DNA of 62,945 nucleotides, counting the filler, from Reticulomyxa filosa (Eukaryota > Protista > Foraminifera), in NCBI GenBank assembly GCA_000512085.1. It is 18 parts of 18 records of this genome, joined end to end, with 100 filler letters (N's around TTAATTAATTAA, not from the genome) between each part and the next. Parts side by side here need not be neighbours in the genome. Positions count along the whole stretch, not along the records: positions 32,806 to 45,048 come from ASPP01005340.1; positions 45,149 to 46,148 come from ASPP01035780.1; positions 46,249 to 50,808 come from ASPP01018558.1; positions 50,909 to 51,968 come from ASPP01036678.1; 14 more parts are not named here. The stretch is one strand, 5' to 3'. Shown one piece after another: positions 39,125 through 52,068 of the stretch (position 1 is the stretch's first letter; each line of letters begins with the position of its first letter). The translations under genes were made by a program, and so were the position numbers. The notes under the pieces are model-generated. The model saw only the letters and a list, made by a program, of their open reading frames with translations, searched no databases and was not told where the DNA came from.

Positions 39125-40294
39125 ATGGCCAACGACAATGAAAGTGTGGTTCCAATATGGGCTCGCGATCCAAAATTGGAAAATTGTGGATTAATAGTGA
39201 AAAAAGGAGACACGGTGATTGAGAAACTGGGAATAATTCTAAAAAAAAATGTGTGGTTTTTGGGCGCAATCAAGGCTTGTGTGACATAAAGTTAGACCAT
39301 CCAAGTATTTCACGACGACATGCAATAATTACACATGGTGAAAGTGGTAATGTATATTTACTGGATTTGGGTTCTAGTCATGGGACATTTAAAAACGGGA
39401 AGAAACTGGAAGCAAAGAAACGAGAGGCATTAGCAGACATGGATGTGATTAAATTTGGAGCATCTACTCGTGAATACATTGTACGTTTAGACTTAGACCA
39501 ACCAATGACAACAGACCTCAACAGCAAAAAGGACACCTCCGAAAGAGCATCAGCGTCTGATGTCAAAGATAAGATCACTGGACACAAAAGAAGTTTAATA
39601 GAAAGTCAGAAAACAGACGACAACGACGAAGCCCAATACAGTGGCAAAGCCAATGATAACATCACACCCAACAAACCAAAGAAAGTTATGTGAGAAGAGA
39701 GAAGCACGAGACTTTTTTTTTAACTATATCAAAATTGCATTTTGATTGGTTGTCTTGAGAGATGTAACTTCTTTTTTGGGGGGGGGGGGGAAAAAAAAAA
39801 AGATATAGTTGTGCGCTTTCTCGTCGTAATTTTTGTAACGTTTGTAGGGAAGGGACAAAAATTGTACATAGTCACAGAATAAAAAAATTTTTTTTTAAAT
39901 CGGGGTTTGGAAAAAAAATTCAGGAGCTGACCCAAGTCCGTTGCAGCCACCTGTTGATAAAGCACAAGGACAGTCGCAAACCGCAGTCTTGGAAAAATAA
40001 GAATGTCACGATTCGAAAGAAGAGGCTCTCGTAAAAGCCGAAAAACTGCGGCAAGATATCCTAAAACAAGCGTCATCCAGTGGTCAAGATGACAGCACTG
40101 GCGAAGTGTTTAAAGACTTTGCAAAGCGAGAAAGTGACTGCAACAGTTACAAACGTGGTGGAGATTTGGGGTTGTTTGGGTTAGGAAAAATGCAGAAACC
40201 ATTTGAAGAAGCTGCTTTCAGTTTACAAATTGGAGAGTTGTCACAACCTGTTGAAACTGCCTCTGGTGTGCACTTAATTCTGAGGACTCAATAA
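39125..40294 (+). CDS. FHA domain + parvulin-type (Pin1-like) peptidyl-prolyl isomerase; intron ~39686-39922
   Basis: FHA: FGRNQGLCDIKLDHPSISRRHA..LLDLGSSHGTFKNG. PPIase: VRCSHLLIKHKDSRKPQSWK..ESDCNSYKRGGDLG.FG.GKMQKPFEEAAF.L..GE.S.PVET.SGVHLILRT. Confidence 0.9.
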
Positions 40295-40822
40295 ACAAAT
40301 CTAAAACACACATACGCTGTTTTTCTCCTTCTCATTTATTTTCGCTTGAATAAAGAAAAAAATCTATTTCGTTATTCTCAAAAGACAATTTTGATAAATT
40401 TTTGTTTAATTGCAATTTTTCTCAACTATTATCAGGTCAACATTTGTAACGCGCTTTAATCATGTCTTAACTTTTTTCAATACACAAACTTCATATAAGC
40501 TATTAATTTTTAATAATTTTTTTGTTAGTGGCTGCCTCAGCTTGTTCATCTTTTTTTTCAGCTGACGTAAATCTAATTGTTTACTCTCTCCTGTTTGTAT
40601 TGTTCGTTGTTTTCACCTAAGTTCTCTTTTCGTTTGCTTCAGCTATAAAACTAACGATTGAACTAAATATCGCAAAACAGTCACAATTCTAGATGTGTTT
40701 AATAGTGGTGGGATTCGAAAAATAATAACACAATAGCACAATAAGGCTTTCACATTGTTTTTCAAATGCTTCTTTTCTTTACCAAACAAATAAAAATTGT
40801 ATTCAACCAAGGGACCTCAAAA

Positions 40823-41033
40823 GGGGTTGGTTCCATTTTTTTTATTTTTTTGTCTGTAATGTGTTTAGTTTTTTAACGAGTACGAACTAATATATGAGTT
40901 TTATCACTTAATGAATCTAACTTGACGACACTATATTGTTGAAATTCTTAGTTAGTTGTAATTTTTTTGTTACTGACTTAACAAAACGAAAAATCTGAAC
41001 TTGGTCAGAAGAAAATGAAAAAATGAACCAAAC
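40823..41033 (+). repeat. Dispersed repeat, copy 1 (others start at 42212 and 43238); possible Kolobok-like MITE
   Basis: Shared start (A)GGGGTTGGTTCCATTTTTTTTATTTTTT and internal TTGAAATTCTTAGTTA; weak inverted end aaaatgaaaaaatgaaccaaac. Confidence 0.55.
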
Positions 41034-44000
41034 AAAAAGAATTTAACGGGTAAGAAAGTGAATATAAGATCGACAAATCGTTTGTTATAACTCAATAAAA
41101 GAAATATTCTGTAAAATATACGAATTTCGATATAATATTAAAAAAGTATTTTATCGATAATGTTTTCACGCCAGCTAGTCATCGAATTAAAAGACGCATT
41201 CAGTGCAAAAAAAAAAATTTGGTCAGCCAAATTTCAGTTAAAAATATTATCATTACATCATAAGTGATAAAACATTGTATATTTTTTTACGCTTTTTCAA
41301 GCATATGTGCACCAACAAAAGCGAATAACAATAATGCGCATTTAACGCGTTCGCCCAAAAATATAACAAAATTTTACAAACTAGACTTTGAAGTAGTCAA
41401 CAACACCTTTGTCAGCCTGGTTTCTGATCTCTTTGTGTCATCACGTATTTCCACTTCTGCGTGCCAATATTGTTTACACGTATTGTCAAAATATGTAAAT
41501 TTCTTCTCGAAGATCAGCACTTTTTTATTTAATAAAAAGTAACTGTTTCTTTACCAAATTGTTACAATATCATATTTTAGAAGAAAGCATGACAGAATGC
41601 TTTTAACTTGATGGCAATAACATGGAAATAATATAAAAAGAAGGAAATTCATTGTCAATCACTGGATCATTGACAAAATGTTTCATCCATTCATTGGAAA
41701 AAACTGTCGATAACACAACAATAAATACGTATAACACGATCACAACATTCTCAACAAGCACGTTGCCTTCTTTGTCAAACCATGCCACTATCAGTAAATA
41801 CCATCAGCAAAATTTTGTAAATCATGCAATCCAACAAAACCTTTTTGTGAAAAAAAAGATTAATCATTTTATGGTCAAATGTTAATATCCCCAAAACGAA
41901 AAGAACGTTGGTTTAAAAAAATTGTCTGCGAGCAATCAGCTTGTTCTCGTGTCAACCAAAATAATACGATTGCAACACCTTTGATAAGATGATCCTTGCC
42001 TTTTTTCTTTTCCCAAAGTGCAACTAGCTTTGAGGAAAAGTAGTTTACGTAGCCAAGGATTTTTTTTTGTCTAAATACTGTGTTTTTTGCGTTAAAAACA
42101 ACTTAGTTTAACAATACTTGGAATTTTTATGTAATCAGGACAAAATATATTTAAATTAATACTGACTTTATTGACGCAAAAAATTTAATTATTTGTTTTG
42201 TTGTCAAAAAAGGGCTAGTTCCATTTTTTTATTTTTTTTATTTGTCATCATCGTAGTTTGTTCTCAACTTCGAGCAGTTAGTACAAAACACTTAATTATT
42301 GGACATTGACGACGTCTCTTGACATCAAAATACTAAAGTTCAGTTATATCGTTAATTGTTTTGGTTTTTAATTTAATTTTTTTTTAATTATGAAATAATA
42401 ATACCTTTTATTTTATACCAAATTAAGACAATTGCAAACACAAAAACATATGAAATGAAATTTTAATTGTAAGCATGGCAATTACCGCTGACTTAACTGA
42501 TAAATAATATTGATAATAGTTAAATTAGATTATTATGTCGATACTGAATAGATCTGTTATATCATTCGATATTCTTTGTCGTTTGAATATCCAACGCTAT
42601 TTGAAGTTATCATATGATCCTTTTCCAAGGATTTTTCACAAATCGTCATACACAATGTGCTTTTCTAAGATTGTTCATTTTTAAAGAATTATTTCCCAAA
42701 TTATTTTTCCACCAAATATGAGGTGTTATGATCGTTATAATGTCATGTACATTAGTGCTGCCCGATTACAGTTTGAAAAAATACAGAAAACACATTGCTA
42801 AAAAAGGATTGGAACAATGTTGTATGATGAATATGCCGTTTAACAAGCCTTGGAATTATTTATAAATTCTAATAAAAAAAACTGGTTGTGTTTCTGGTTT
42901 TAGTCTTTAATGCCTTTTTTATTGAATGGTTCGTATATACAAAATTGATTATACATAGAATCTGACTTGTGCAAATTTATTGTCGTCAAAATGGAATGTC
43001 GTTCACAACATTGGCAAAAAAATCTTGTTGTAATTGAAGTAAAAAAAAGGAAAGTGACCATGCAAACATCTAAGAAACGTTGTTAATTCAAAAAATCTCT
43101 TACATTACCCCAAGGAACCTGTGCAAAAAAAATCATTTTTTGTAAAATTATTTCGTTCAAAATTACATTTCATCATGCCCACTCAATTTGGTTATGTCTT
43201 TCTTCAATAAATTGTGTTTAACAAAAGTATCGTAAAAGGAGTTGGTTCCATTTTTTTTATTTTTTTTATCTGTAATGCATTTAGTTTCTGACAAATTCGA
43301 AAGAGCATAAGCTGAGTTACACCAGTTAATGAAATCAACTTAATAATTACTTGAAATTCTTAGTTAAATCACTTGTCATAACAAAATAAACGTTAACGTT
43401 AAGTTTTCATAAAAAAAACACTTTGCAATGCGCATAAACTGAAGAATTGTCGTATTGTTCGCAATGTTTGATCAAATGTATTACTAAATGAAATATACAA
43501 ATTTTGATGATCAATGCTCACTATCAAAATTTCATTCATATATTAAATTGATCAAATCATAACTTTTAGATTTGCAATCATGTGCAACATCAAGGTAATG
43601 TAACTTCCAAACAAGGACAATTGAGTAAATCAATGCAAATGGCCCAAAGACAGCAATACGATTTCCCAAACATGCGTTTAAGTAATTAATTAGATCTTTA
43701 TCTGTAAACTCTTGATTTCTTATCGAGTTGCCGCTCCGGGTTCACGCATATTGTTTCCGCTTTTGCGTATTCAACAATTCGCACCATTACGTTCAGGCAT
43801 AATGCTTTATTTTCTTTGAAACTTACTTAGTCCCCTTTCGAATGCCCAGCAAATAAGCGTTGCCAAAAAAATTTGCTAAGTTTCAAGGAACGGGACAGGA
43901 TCAAAGACTTTTTTCTTTAAAAAAGAGACAGTTAGTCGTTATCAAGAACAAAGTCAAGGCAAATACAAAACTGAGGGACACCTCGCAATGGTATCTTTGA

Positions 44001-44051
44001 TAGTGTTAGGACCTTTTTTCAAGTTTTCCAGGTTTATTCAAAGCCATTACA

Positions 44052-45048
44052 TTGATAAAAATTAATAAACGAAGCAAAGAGCAAGAAAGAGTGCTTTTGA
44101 TCACAGACAAAGCGGTGTACAATTTGAAACCAAAGGAATACCATAAATGTCAAAGACGCATCGACATTGACAAAATTGTTTCCGTTTCAGAGGCCAAAGA
44201 CAGTGACGAATTCACGATACATGTTCCAGAAGAATATGATTATCGTTACAAAACAGTTTGTGCAAAACACATTAGTCCCTACGCATATAGTCAAAACAAC
44301 GTATATCTTGCACAAGTTTTTTTTTTTTTTAATTCCCTTCCTCCCCTCCTTAATTAAAACTTTAAAAAAAAAAAAACAGAAAAGCAAGCATCGAATTATT
44401 GAAATCTTATCTCAAGTTGAGTATGAAATCCTTTTTTTTTTTTTTGAAATGTAAAAAAAAAAAAATTAGTAGCAATGGAGGATTGGGTTGTTTGTGAAAA
44501 TTTTAGCAATTTAATCTGCTGTCCAAAGGGACGTCGAACTTGAAGATCAACTCGGTAACAGCAGTCGAGCTGGAAGAGAAAACGTTGACAAAAGATGAAG
44601 CCCGAGTTCAAGTTAAGCGCTTACACAACTGTATTTGTAAGCCTCTGCGTTGTGCTGACTATTAACAAAAACTATGATCAAACATTAACTTTGTGACTGA
44701 GATAGTTTTTTTTTTTTGCGAGACTCACTCTTCTAATTGTATGACGGTTAAAATACGAACAAATAAATAATAATAATAATAAAATGTGGACAATATACGT
44801 CCAACAGACACGTGAACAAAGATATCAAAGATATCTGGACTTGGTTGCAAAAGAAAGCTTCGAAGAAGAAGTCGAAGATGCCAAACAACATTCTCGTAAG
44901 ACGGTGGCAATGAAAGGCTTCGACAGCGTTGACCAACAGAAAGTTGAGTCGACACATACACACTTGATCTTAATATACGTCGTCTTTCATTTGGGAGAGA
45001 GAAGACAAGGAGGGACATAATGTACGAAACACAAATACAAATACAAAT
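44052..45048 (+). CDS. Protein with a myosin-I TH1-like PH domain (multi-exon, partial)
   Basis: IKINKRSKEQERVLLITDKAVYNL..QRRIDIDKIVSVS..SDEFTIHVPEEYDYRY. Confidence 0.6.
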
Positions 45049-45148
45049 NNNNNNNNNNNNNNNNNNNNNNNNNNNNNNNNNNNNNNNNNNNNTTAATTAA
45101 TTAANNNNNNNNNNNNNNNNNNNNNNNNNNNNNNNNNNNNNNNNNNNN

Positions 45149-45187
<39 letters not shown>

Positions 45188-45191
45188 AAGA

Positions 45192-45384
45192 ATGCCATTT
45201 CGCTTTTTTGATAATAAAAACTTGTCGTATGATCTTCAATGTCTTCGTTCTCCGGAAGAACTTCGAAAAATTGATCTGCAAAAACTGATTCAAAAAGTCG
45301 TGACTATCAAGGATCCACATGCATTGGCCATTCTATCCAAATACGTTGTGTTTGATCCTTCTTTGGCACAAAAACAGGGGTCCT

Positions 45385-45421
<37 letters not shown>

Positions 45422-46148
45422 ACAAGACAAAGAGATGTCAGATTTGACAAAGACAACACGAACGAATGCCAACAACTCAACTGTTCATGGCTATTGCTAC
45501 GTTCCGGACAAATACAAACACAAGCTCATTTCAGCGTTGATGAAACATCAATACAAACAATTGCGACGAACAAAACACTCAAAACTATTTCAAGGGATAC
45601 CAATACCACAGCCGCCACCACCAAGACCGGATAAAGTCAGTCCAATTTACGTTATTATATCATAGCTGTTTTCTTTTTTTTTATTGTAGAGTAGCATATA
45701 AAACATAATATATATGTATATATGTATATAAACACAAACACAAAAGAACAAGTCAACTTCACAATCATTTGTCGCAAATGTGTGTGTGAATTACAATTGG
45801 AATAATTACTGTCAAGCAGCAGACAATTGCAGTAAGCTGCATATGTGCTCCGGCTGCAAGGGCGATCATCCGGCTCGGTTGTGCAATCAATGCTGCGTAT
45901 TGTTCAACTGGGCAAAGTGTCAGAAATACTGTCCTCACCAAAAAAAGTTAATGTGTTCAAAACAACTTTTATACATTCCATAAATAGGCTATTCGTTGAA
46001 TGTGATGCAAAATATGTGCATGTATATAGTCATCGTTGCTTGGCATGTGGCTCCAGGTATCATGCAGCGTGGAAGTGTCTTAATTTGTCCTATTACGTGA
46101 AAGATCGATATTACTATATCTACAAATACCAAAAAATTAAAAAAGGAT
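45192..46148 (+). CDS. Zinc-finger protein fragment (tandem CCCH/CCHC-like motifs, poly-Asp tract)
   Basis: CVNYNWNNYCQAADNCSKLHMCSGCKGDHPARLC; CVLFNWAKCQKYCPH..HRCLACGSRYHAAWKC; (GAC)n at ~45386-45419. Confidence 0.55.
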
Positions 46149-46248
46149 NNNNNNNNNNNNNNNNNNNNNNNNNNNNNNNNNNNNNNNNNNNNTTAATTAA
46201 TTAANNNNNNNNNNNNNNNNNNNNNNNNNNNNNNNNNNNNNNNNNNNN

Positions 46249-46285
46249 AGATATGTTTTAGTCGTTCAGTTTTCTTTGCAACATA
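46249..46285. repeat. Right arm of the palindromic MITE family at a contig start
   Basis: agatatgttttagtcgttcagttttctttgcaacata. Confidence 0.75.
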
Positions 46286-46492
46286 CTGTATTACTTGTTT
46301 TGATTTGTAAATCTTACAATCACTTGCTTTTGTGCGTTTCTTGAACTTTTGTTATCCGTCACAGTTTACGTTTAAATAAAAAAAATTCATACTTGAAACG
46401 AAATAAATTGGCAAATGACCACAAAAAAGATTGTAATTTACTTGTCGAAACTTGTTTGAAAAAACTACCAAAGGGGACTGTAAATTGATCAT

Positions 46493-47840
46493 ATGGAAAG
46501 CAAAGATACTGACATCCAACAAAAGGACAAAAAGTGTTGCAAAGATCCAGAGCAAGATTCGACAAAAAACTTTACAACAGAAAAAATGTTCAAAGATTAT
46601 CTTAGCAAAGTAGAGCCGAACTCGGAAGCATACATCGAAGGATTGTACGAATACGCGAATTGGTTGTGGCAACACAAGCGGTACAAAACAAGCGAATATT
46701 ATTGCCGACAAATAATAGCTTGCAGGCCAGACCATTTCAAAGCTCATAATCGATTAGGAACGAATTTGAAAGCAATGAAGGATTATGAACAAGCCGAAAA
46801 GCATTACCTGTTGGCGATTGCACATAGTAATCACCAATGGACAATTGCATAGTTTTGCCTATTTTAATGCATTTAACTTGGCTCACTTTGGCTTATATAA
46901 AAAAAAATGTATAAAACAAAAGCAATAACTTAGGAAATCTTTATTCCATCAATCTAGAACATATGGAAGAGGCAAAAGATTGTTATGAACGTGCACTGCA
47001 ATTGGATCCGAATTATCTTGGAGCGCATGTATTTATGTGTCACTTTTTTTTTTTCTTTTATTTTCAAAAAAAAAAAAGTATAAAAATTAGGTAAACTATG
47101 GCGCATTACTTCAAGAAATGGGATTGTTCGAAAATGCAAAAAATCATTACAAAAAAGCAATAGAAATAAACCCAAATGATTCATCAGTAAGATAGATACA
47201 CATTACTTTGCAAGCGTACATAAACATATTCATATATATCCCAACATTGACTGATGGATATAACATATGAATAAATAAATAAACCTCTTTTTCTTTTTTT
47301 TCTTTTTTTGTGAGTGGCAAGATTTACTTCAATCTGGCAAGTTTACTTGATGATATGAATGAAAGTAATTTGGCTCTCTCACATTGCAGAAAATTGCTAT
47401 CATTGGATCCCAAACATGCAGGTGGATTTCATAGCTATGCGATAATATCTCATCAAAATGGCAATTTAAAAGTGGCAGAAAAGTGTTTCTTTCGATCATT
47501 AGAATTTGACAATAACAGTAGTTTAACTCATCATAACTATGCCTTATTGTTGATGGAAACACTTCAAATCGATGACGCTCTTTATCATCTCAATTTTAGT
47601 ATTGATATTGCGGCTCATCTTGAAAAAGATTTTCACGCGGTTCGTTTTTTGCAAGATTATAAACGTTTTTTATGTCAAGCGCATCCAGTTATGCATTTTT
47701 GCAATGTGTCTTGCTTATTTCCTTTTTTAATGCCCACTATTTTATAATTATTTGCTTTTACTTGTTATGTTTTGTCAGGATGTTTGGATCGATATCTTGG
47801 AGGAAAAGGATATATTGACATAAAATCAATCACCAATTAA
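46493..47840 (+). CDS. TPR-repeat protein (multi-exon)
   Basis: AHNRLGTNLK..YEQAEKHYLLAI; NNLGNLY..EEAKDCYERALQLDPNY; YFNLASLL; HHNYALLL. Confidence 0.75.
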
Positions 47841-48751
47841 AATGAGCCTGATTAAACATGCAAAAAAAAAAATACATAAAAATAATTATAAATTTTTTGT
47901 TGTTGATTGGCCCAATTGTTTTGTCAATTTTTCTTTTAGTTCGTTTTGCTTTCTATTAATGCCGTGTTTTTCTTTCATCACAATGTAAAAGAAAAAAATG
48001 CCTCTGTTATGTTGGTATACCTCCAAAGTAATAATAAAAAGCCGGTAAATAGAATAATGAGAATATCTTTTTTATGAACGGTTAAGTAGCCGACGATAAC
48101 GCTGTAAAAAGGCACACTCATACATTGACCCAATTTTTAAAAAACTGACAGTTAATAGAACGAAATAAGCGGAAAGGGGTTTTCAAATAAAAAACCCTCG
48201 AAATTTTACCACCGCTCCCACATTGACTGTAGGTAAAGAAACTGGCCGAAATGTTTCTTTCAAAGACTTTTTGTTGTCCTTTTTACATACAACGACTAAA
48301 TTCAAGCTATTCAACCATTTCATTCAAATATTAAGTTTTGACAACGTAAAATAAGGCATATTCAACAACCAAATTTTTAAATGTGACAAACTCAACACGA
48401 CGAGTTGTAACTTGTGCGATAAGAGTTTTCTTCTCACCGTCTCGAGAACAGAAAAATTTGCTTTTAAAAGCAATGTACAGTATTAATTGTGGTAAAAGAG
48501 CAAAAAAAGTTAAGTCAATGTGCTGGGTCGTTCACAAATGATGACTTGATTTCTTTTTTTTTAAGAACATTTGTGAATGCGTCCAAAGTAAATCTCCTGT
48601 TGAAATTTAGTTCAGTTTATCACACCGAGATAATTTCAGAAGAAAAATTGGAGGCAACAACTCTTACACTTTTTTTTTTTTTGCAATAAAAGGTCACAGT
48701 TGTCGCAAAAAAAATTCTGGTATTGAGAAAAATCAACAAAAAGCATAAAAA

Positions 48752-50760
48752 TCATTTTGATGGCTGTTGTATCCTCAAGCAAACAAAATGAGGATTTTCT
48801 CGAAAATCATGTAACACATGTAATGGTTTTGTAGCATCTTCTTTTTTCAGCCATTGTTGAACTTTCAAACAAAAGACTGAGTTGGTAACGCTGACCCTAA
48901 TACATTGTTTGAAATATTCTTGCATCCATGGTCGCAAGTTCCATTTTACATGTGAATGCCCATGGGAATGTCCGTGTCCATGACCATGACCATGACCATG
49001 ACCATGGCTATGACATTGAGACATATGTTCATGGGATTTAAGGATATGTTCCAGCCATTTTTTGCTTTCAGTGAGACGATCATTTGCTAATGTAAATAAA
49101 GTATCAGCATTTTTATTTTTGATTGCATCGGCCATGAATTTGTCTTTTGCAGAGGCAAAACGATTCCATCCTAAATAAACTGGTTGTGGCAATATCTGAA
49201 AGTCTTGGAAGCGATGCTCGTACAGCAGTTCGTCACTTCCATATTTCAAATTCAGCAAGCCATCCCATACCACAGCCCATTTCAAGTCCTGCATCGCTTG
49301 CAATGCCTTTCATTCAATTGTATTTTTATTTTATTTTATTTTTATTTTATTTTATTCTATTTACTATATCCTCTCATTGTTGTCATCGTTTGGTCCAATG
49401 TACTACGAACAATATAATTATACAGATACAGATACATACATATATGTACGTGTATATGTGTACATATATAAAATGAAAACCAAACCAGAATAGTCTGAAA
49501 TATTCCGCAAGCCAATTCACGCAGAGCTGCAGAGACAAGATAGTCTAAATGCTCTGACGCTGTTGCTGGCCTTCTTTCATTGGCATTATCTAACAGTGAC
49601 GAATACATATATGTGTATCAAAACATTGTTTTGTCAAACAAATGACAGAGTTACAAGACACAAAGAGGAAAAGAGAGAGAATATTTCAATTCCTTGTCAT
49701 TGTATTGTATAAACAGCCAAAAACAAAAAAACAAAGATCTTACCAAAAATAGAAAAAGGCCGGCTCTTAATTTTCTTTGGCTTTCCTTTTTGCAATTTTG
49801 CAGGCAACAATTGATGCAAGTCTTTGACGTTGGCTTCTTCAAATGGTTTGATGGAATGCTGCAATATGTTCATTTGATTGCGATACAAATATTCCAAATA
49901 AAAGTATGCGAATTGGAATTCATGAGGAGCAATCAATTCCAACGGGTTCAGTCGTTCCAAAATTGATTGGATGATCGTGTCCACCGCCATTCGCACCATC
50001 CAAACGGTGTACGCGTTATTATGCGGTTGGTATTGTTCGTTCGTTGCCAAAATATTGCGATATTTTGTGTCGAACAGTTCAATATACGAAATGGCATTGA
50101 TCGCGTCCATTTCCCTGGACTCACGTTCCAGGATTGCCCAATTGCGCATACAACGTGTATAAAAACCTCATGCAACGTACTTTTTTTTTTTTTGGTAAAA
50201 AAAAAAAACAACAACAGTTTAAAAAAAAAAAAAAAAAATGGAGTATGTTATATTTTCATAAGAAATATACACATATATATATGTATATACAAATACAAAT
50301 ATACATATATATATGTATGTAAAAAGCTTAACGAATCCAATAAAAACGCGTAAATTAAATCCCTGACTCCACTTTGAACTCTTGAAAAAAAAAAATCCCA
50401 GTCCTTTAATTTCTTGGTGTCGTTCGTGAACATTCTGGCCCAATCGCATTGTCGATGAAAGGACTCTTGAATCAAACGCGGCAATGACTTGTGTGTCCAC
50501 AAGACATTGCCTACCTTAATCTGCTGGTCGATGATGATGCTAAAAAACGCTCGCACGACAATGTTGATGTTGCCAATGGCGCAACCCAAATACTTTGTCA
50601 ACTCCAAGTACTCATCCAACGTCCTCATTTCCGCCATCTCACATCCCAATTCCAAGTGTTTTGCAAAGCCGCACCACCGTTCCCAACACTCCACACGACT
50701 TAGAATACGTTGTCGTCGAGGTAGCATAGAAATTGACGCCTTGATCGAGGTTATACGGGA
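48752..50760 (-). CDS. NAA35: N-alpha-acetyltransferase 35, NatC auxiliary subunit (Mak10), 3' part
   Basis: NWAILERESREMD; LELIAPHEFQFAYFYLEYLY; ELLYEHRFQDFQILPQPVYL; NSVFCL..HFVCLRI. Confidence 0.75.
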
Positions 50761-50908
50761 ATCAAACCCTTTTTTTTTTTTTTTTTTTAATTTTTTTTTT
50801 TTTTTTTTNNNNNNNNNNNNNNNNNNNNNNNNNNNNNNNNNNNNNNNNNNNNTTAATTAATTAANNNNNNNNNNNNNNNNNNNNNNNNNNNNNNNNNNNN
50901 NNNNNNNN

Positions 50909-51968
50909 TTATGTCATCCGCATACAATAGACAAGTAGGCATCTTTTCTTGATAAATAGTACTTTCTGTTCTTTCATTGTTTATATCATTGATCGGATCA
51001 TTTATATACATGTTGAACAACGGCCCACTCAGAGAGTATCCCTGTACAGTGCATACCTTTATTTGAAATGGTTTGAAGACCCAATCCCCCTGTGTTACCA
51101 TTAGGTTGCTTTGTGTTATCATCGAATGGATCATCTGGAATAACTTTCCCTTTATTCCGACGTTATATAATTTGTGCATTAACCCGTCATGCCAGACGCT
51201 GTCAAACGCTTTATTGATATCTAGTAAGGTAAATATCATATCATTATTCTTGATAATTTTCATGTAATATGAAACTATTCTAATAATCACAATGTTGTCA
51301 TCCACTCCTTTGTTTCGCATGAATCCCCCTTGTTCCTCACAGATGTTTTGCTCCAGTTCAATATTATTTTGTCCAATATCGAAAGCAGCGATGATTTTAT
51401 TCTGATCCCTCTGATGTCATTACAATTCGTGATAACATCCTTTTTTGGTAAGCTAGTCATTTTGGACATTAGCCATTTATCAGGTAGTTTTTGCCCATCA
51501 CATAATATGTTTAATATATTTGCAGTATCGTTTGGTATTGTTTTTGCCCATAGACCAACCAACTCATTCGGAAGTTCATCCAAAAAGGTCGCTTTGTTGT
51601 TTGGCATATGCATACTAATGTCCAGGACATCCATTGTACTGATTTGCCTGTCCTACATTTGCTTCATTGAGGTATTTATACACTTTGTTCTTTACATTTA
51701 TCTCCAAATTGATATTGACATTGTTGTGATGTTTGAATAGTTTTGTATAATGCTCACCCAGCATTATTCATCTTTCAATATCCGAGTGTATCGCTTTTCC
51801 GGTTTTATCATGCAATGTTATTTGGTTATGCGATTTGATGTTACGTATCATATTATAAAAATCTTTCACCTTTCCCTCATTTATGGTTTTTTGCATTTTG
51901 TCAATTGTTTTTCAATTTCTTTGCATTCATTTTTTTTAATAAACCCTTAAATCTTGAGTCATTGTTCA
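50909..51968 (-). mobile_element. Non-LTR retrotransposon reverse transcriptase fragment (frameshifted)
   Basis: LPDKW..LPKK..RGI; LDINKAFDSVWHDGL; VQGYSLSGPLFNMYIND; LLYADDI. Confidence 0.9.
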
Positions 51969-52068
51969 NNNNNNNNNNNNNNNNNNNNNNNNNNNNNNNN
52001 NNNNNNNNNNNNTTAATTAATTAANNNNNNNNNNNNNNNNNNNNNNNNNNNNNNNNNNNNNNNNNNNN

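Noticed and set aside
41300-41950. Degenerate coding-like sequence on the minus strand
   Set aside because: Too many stops and no reliable family motif
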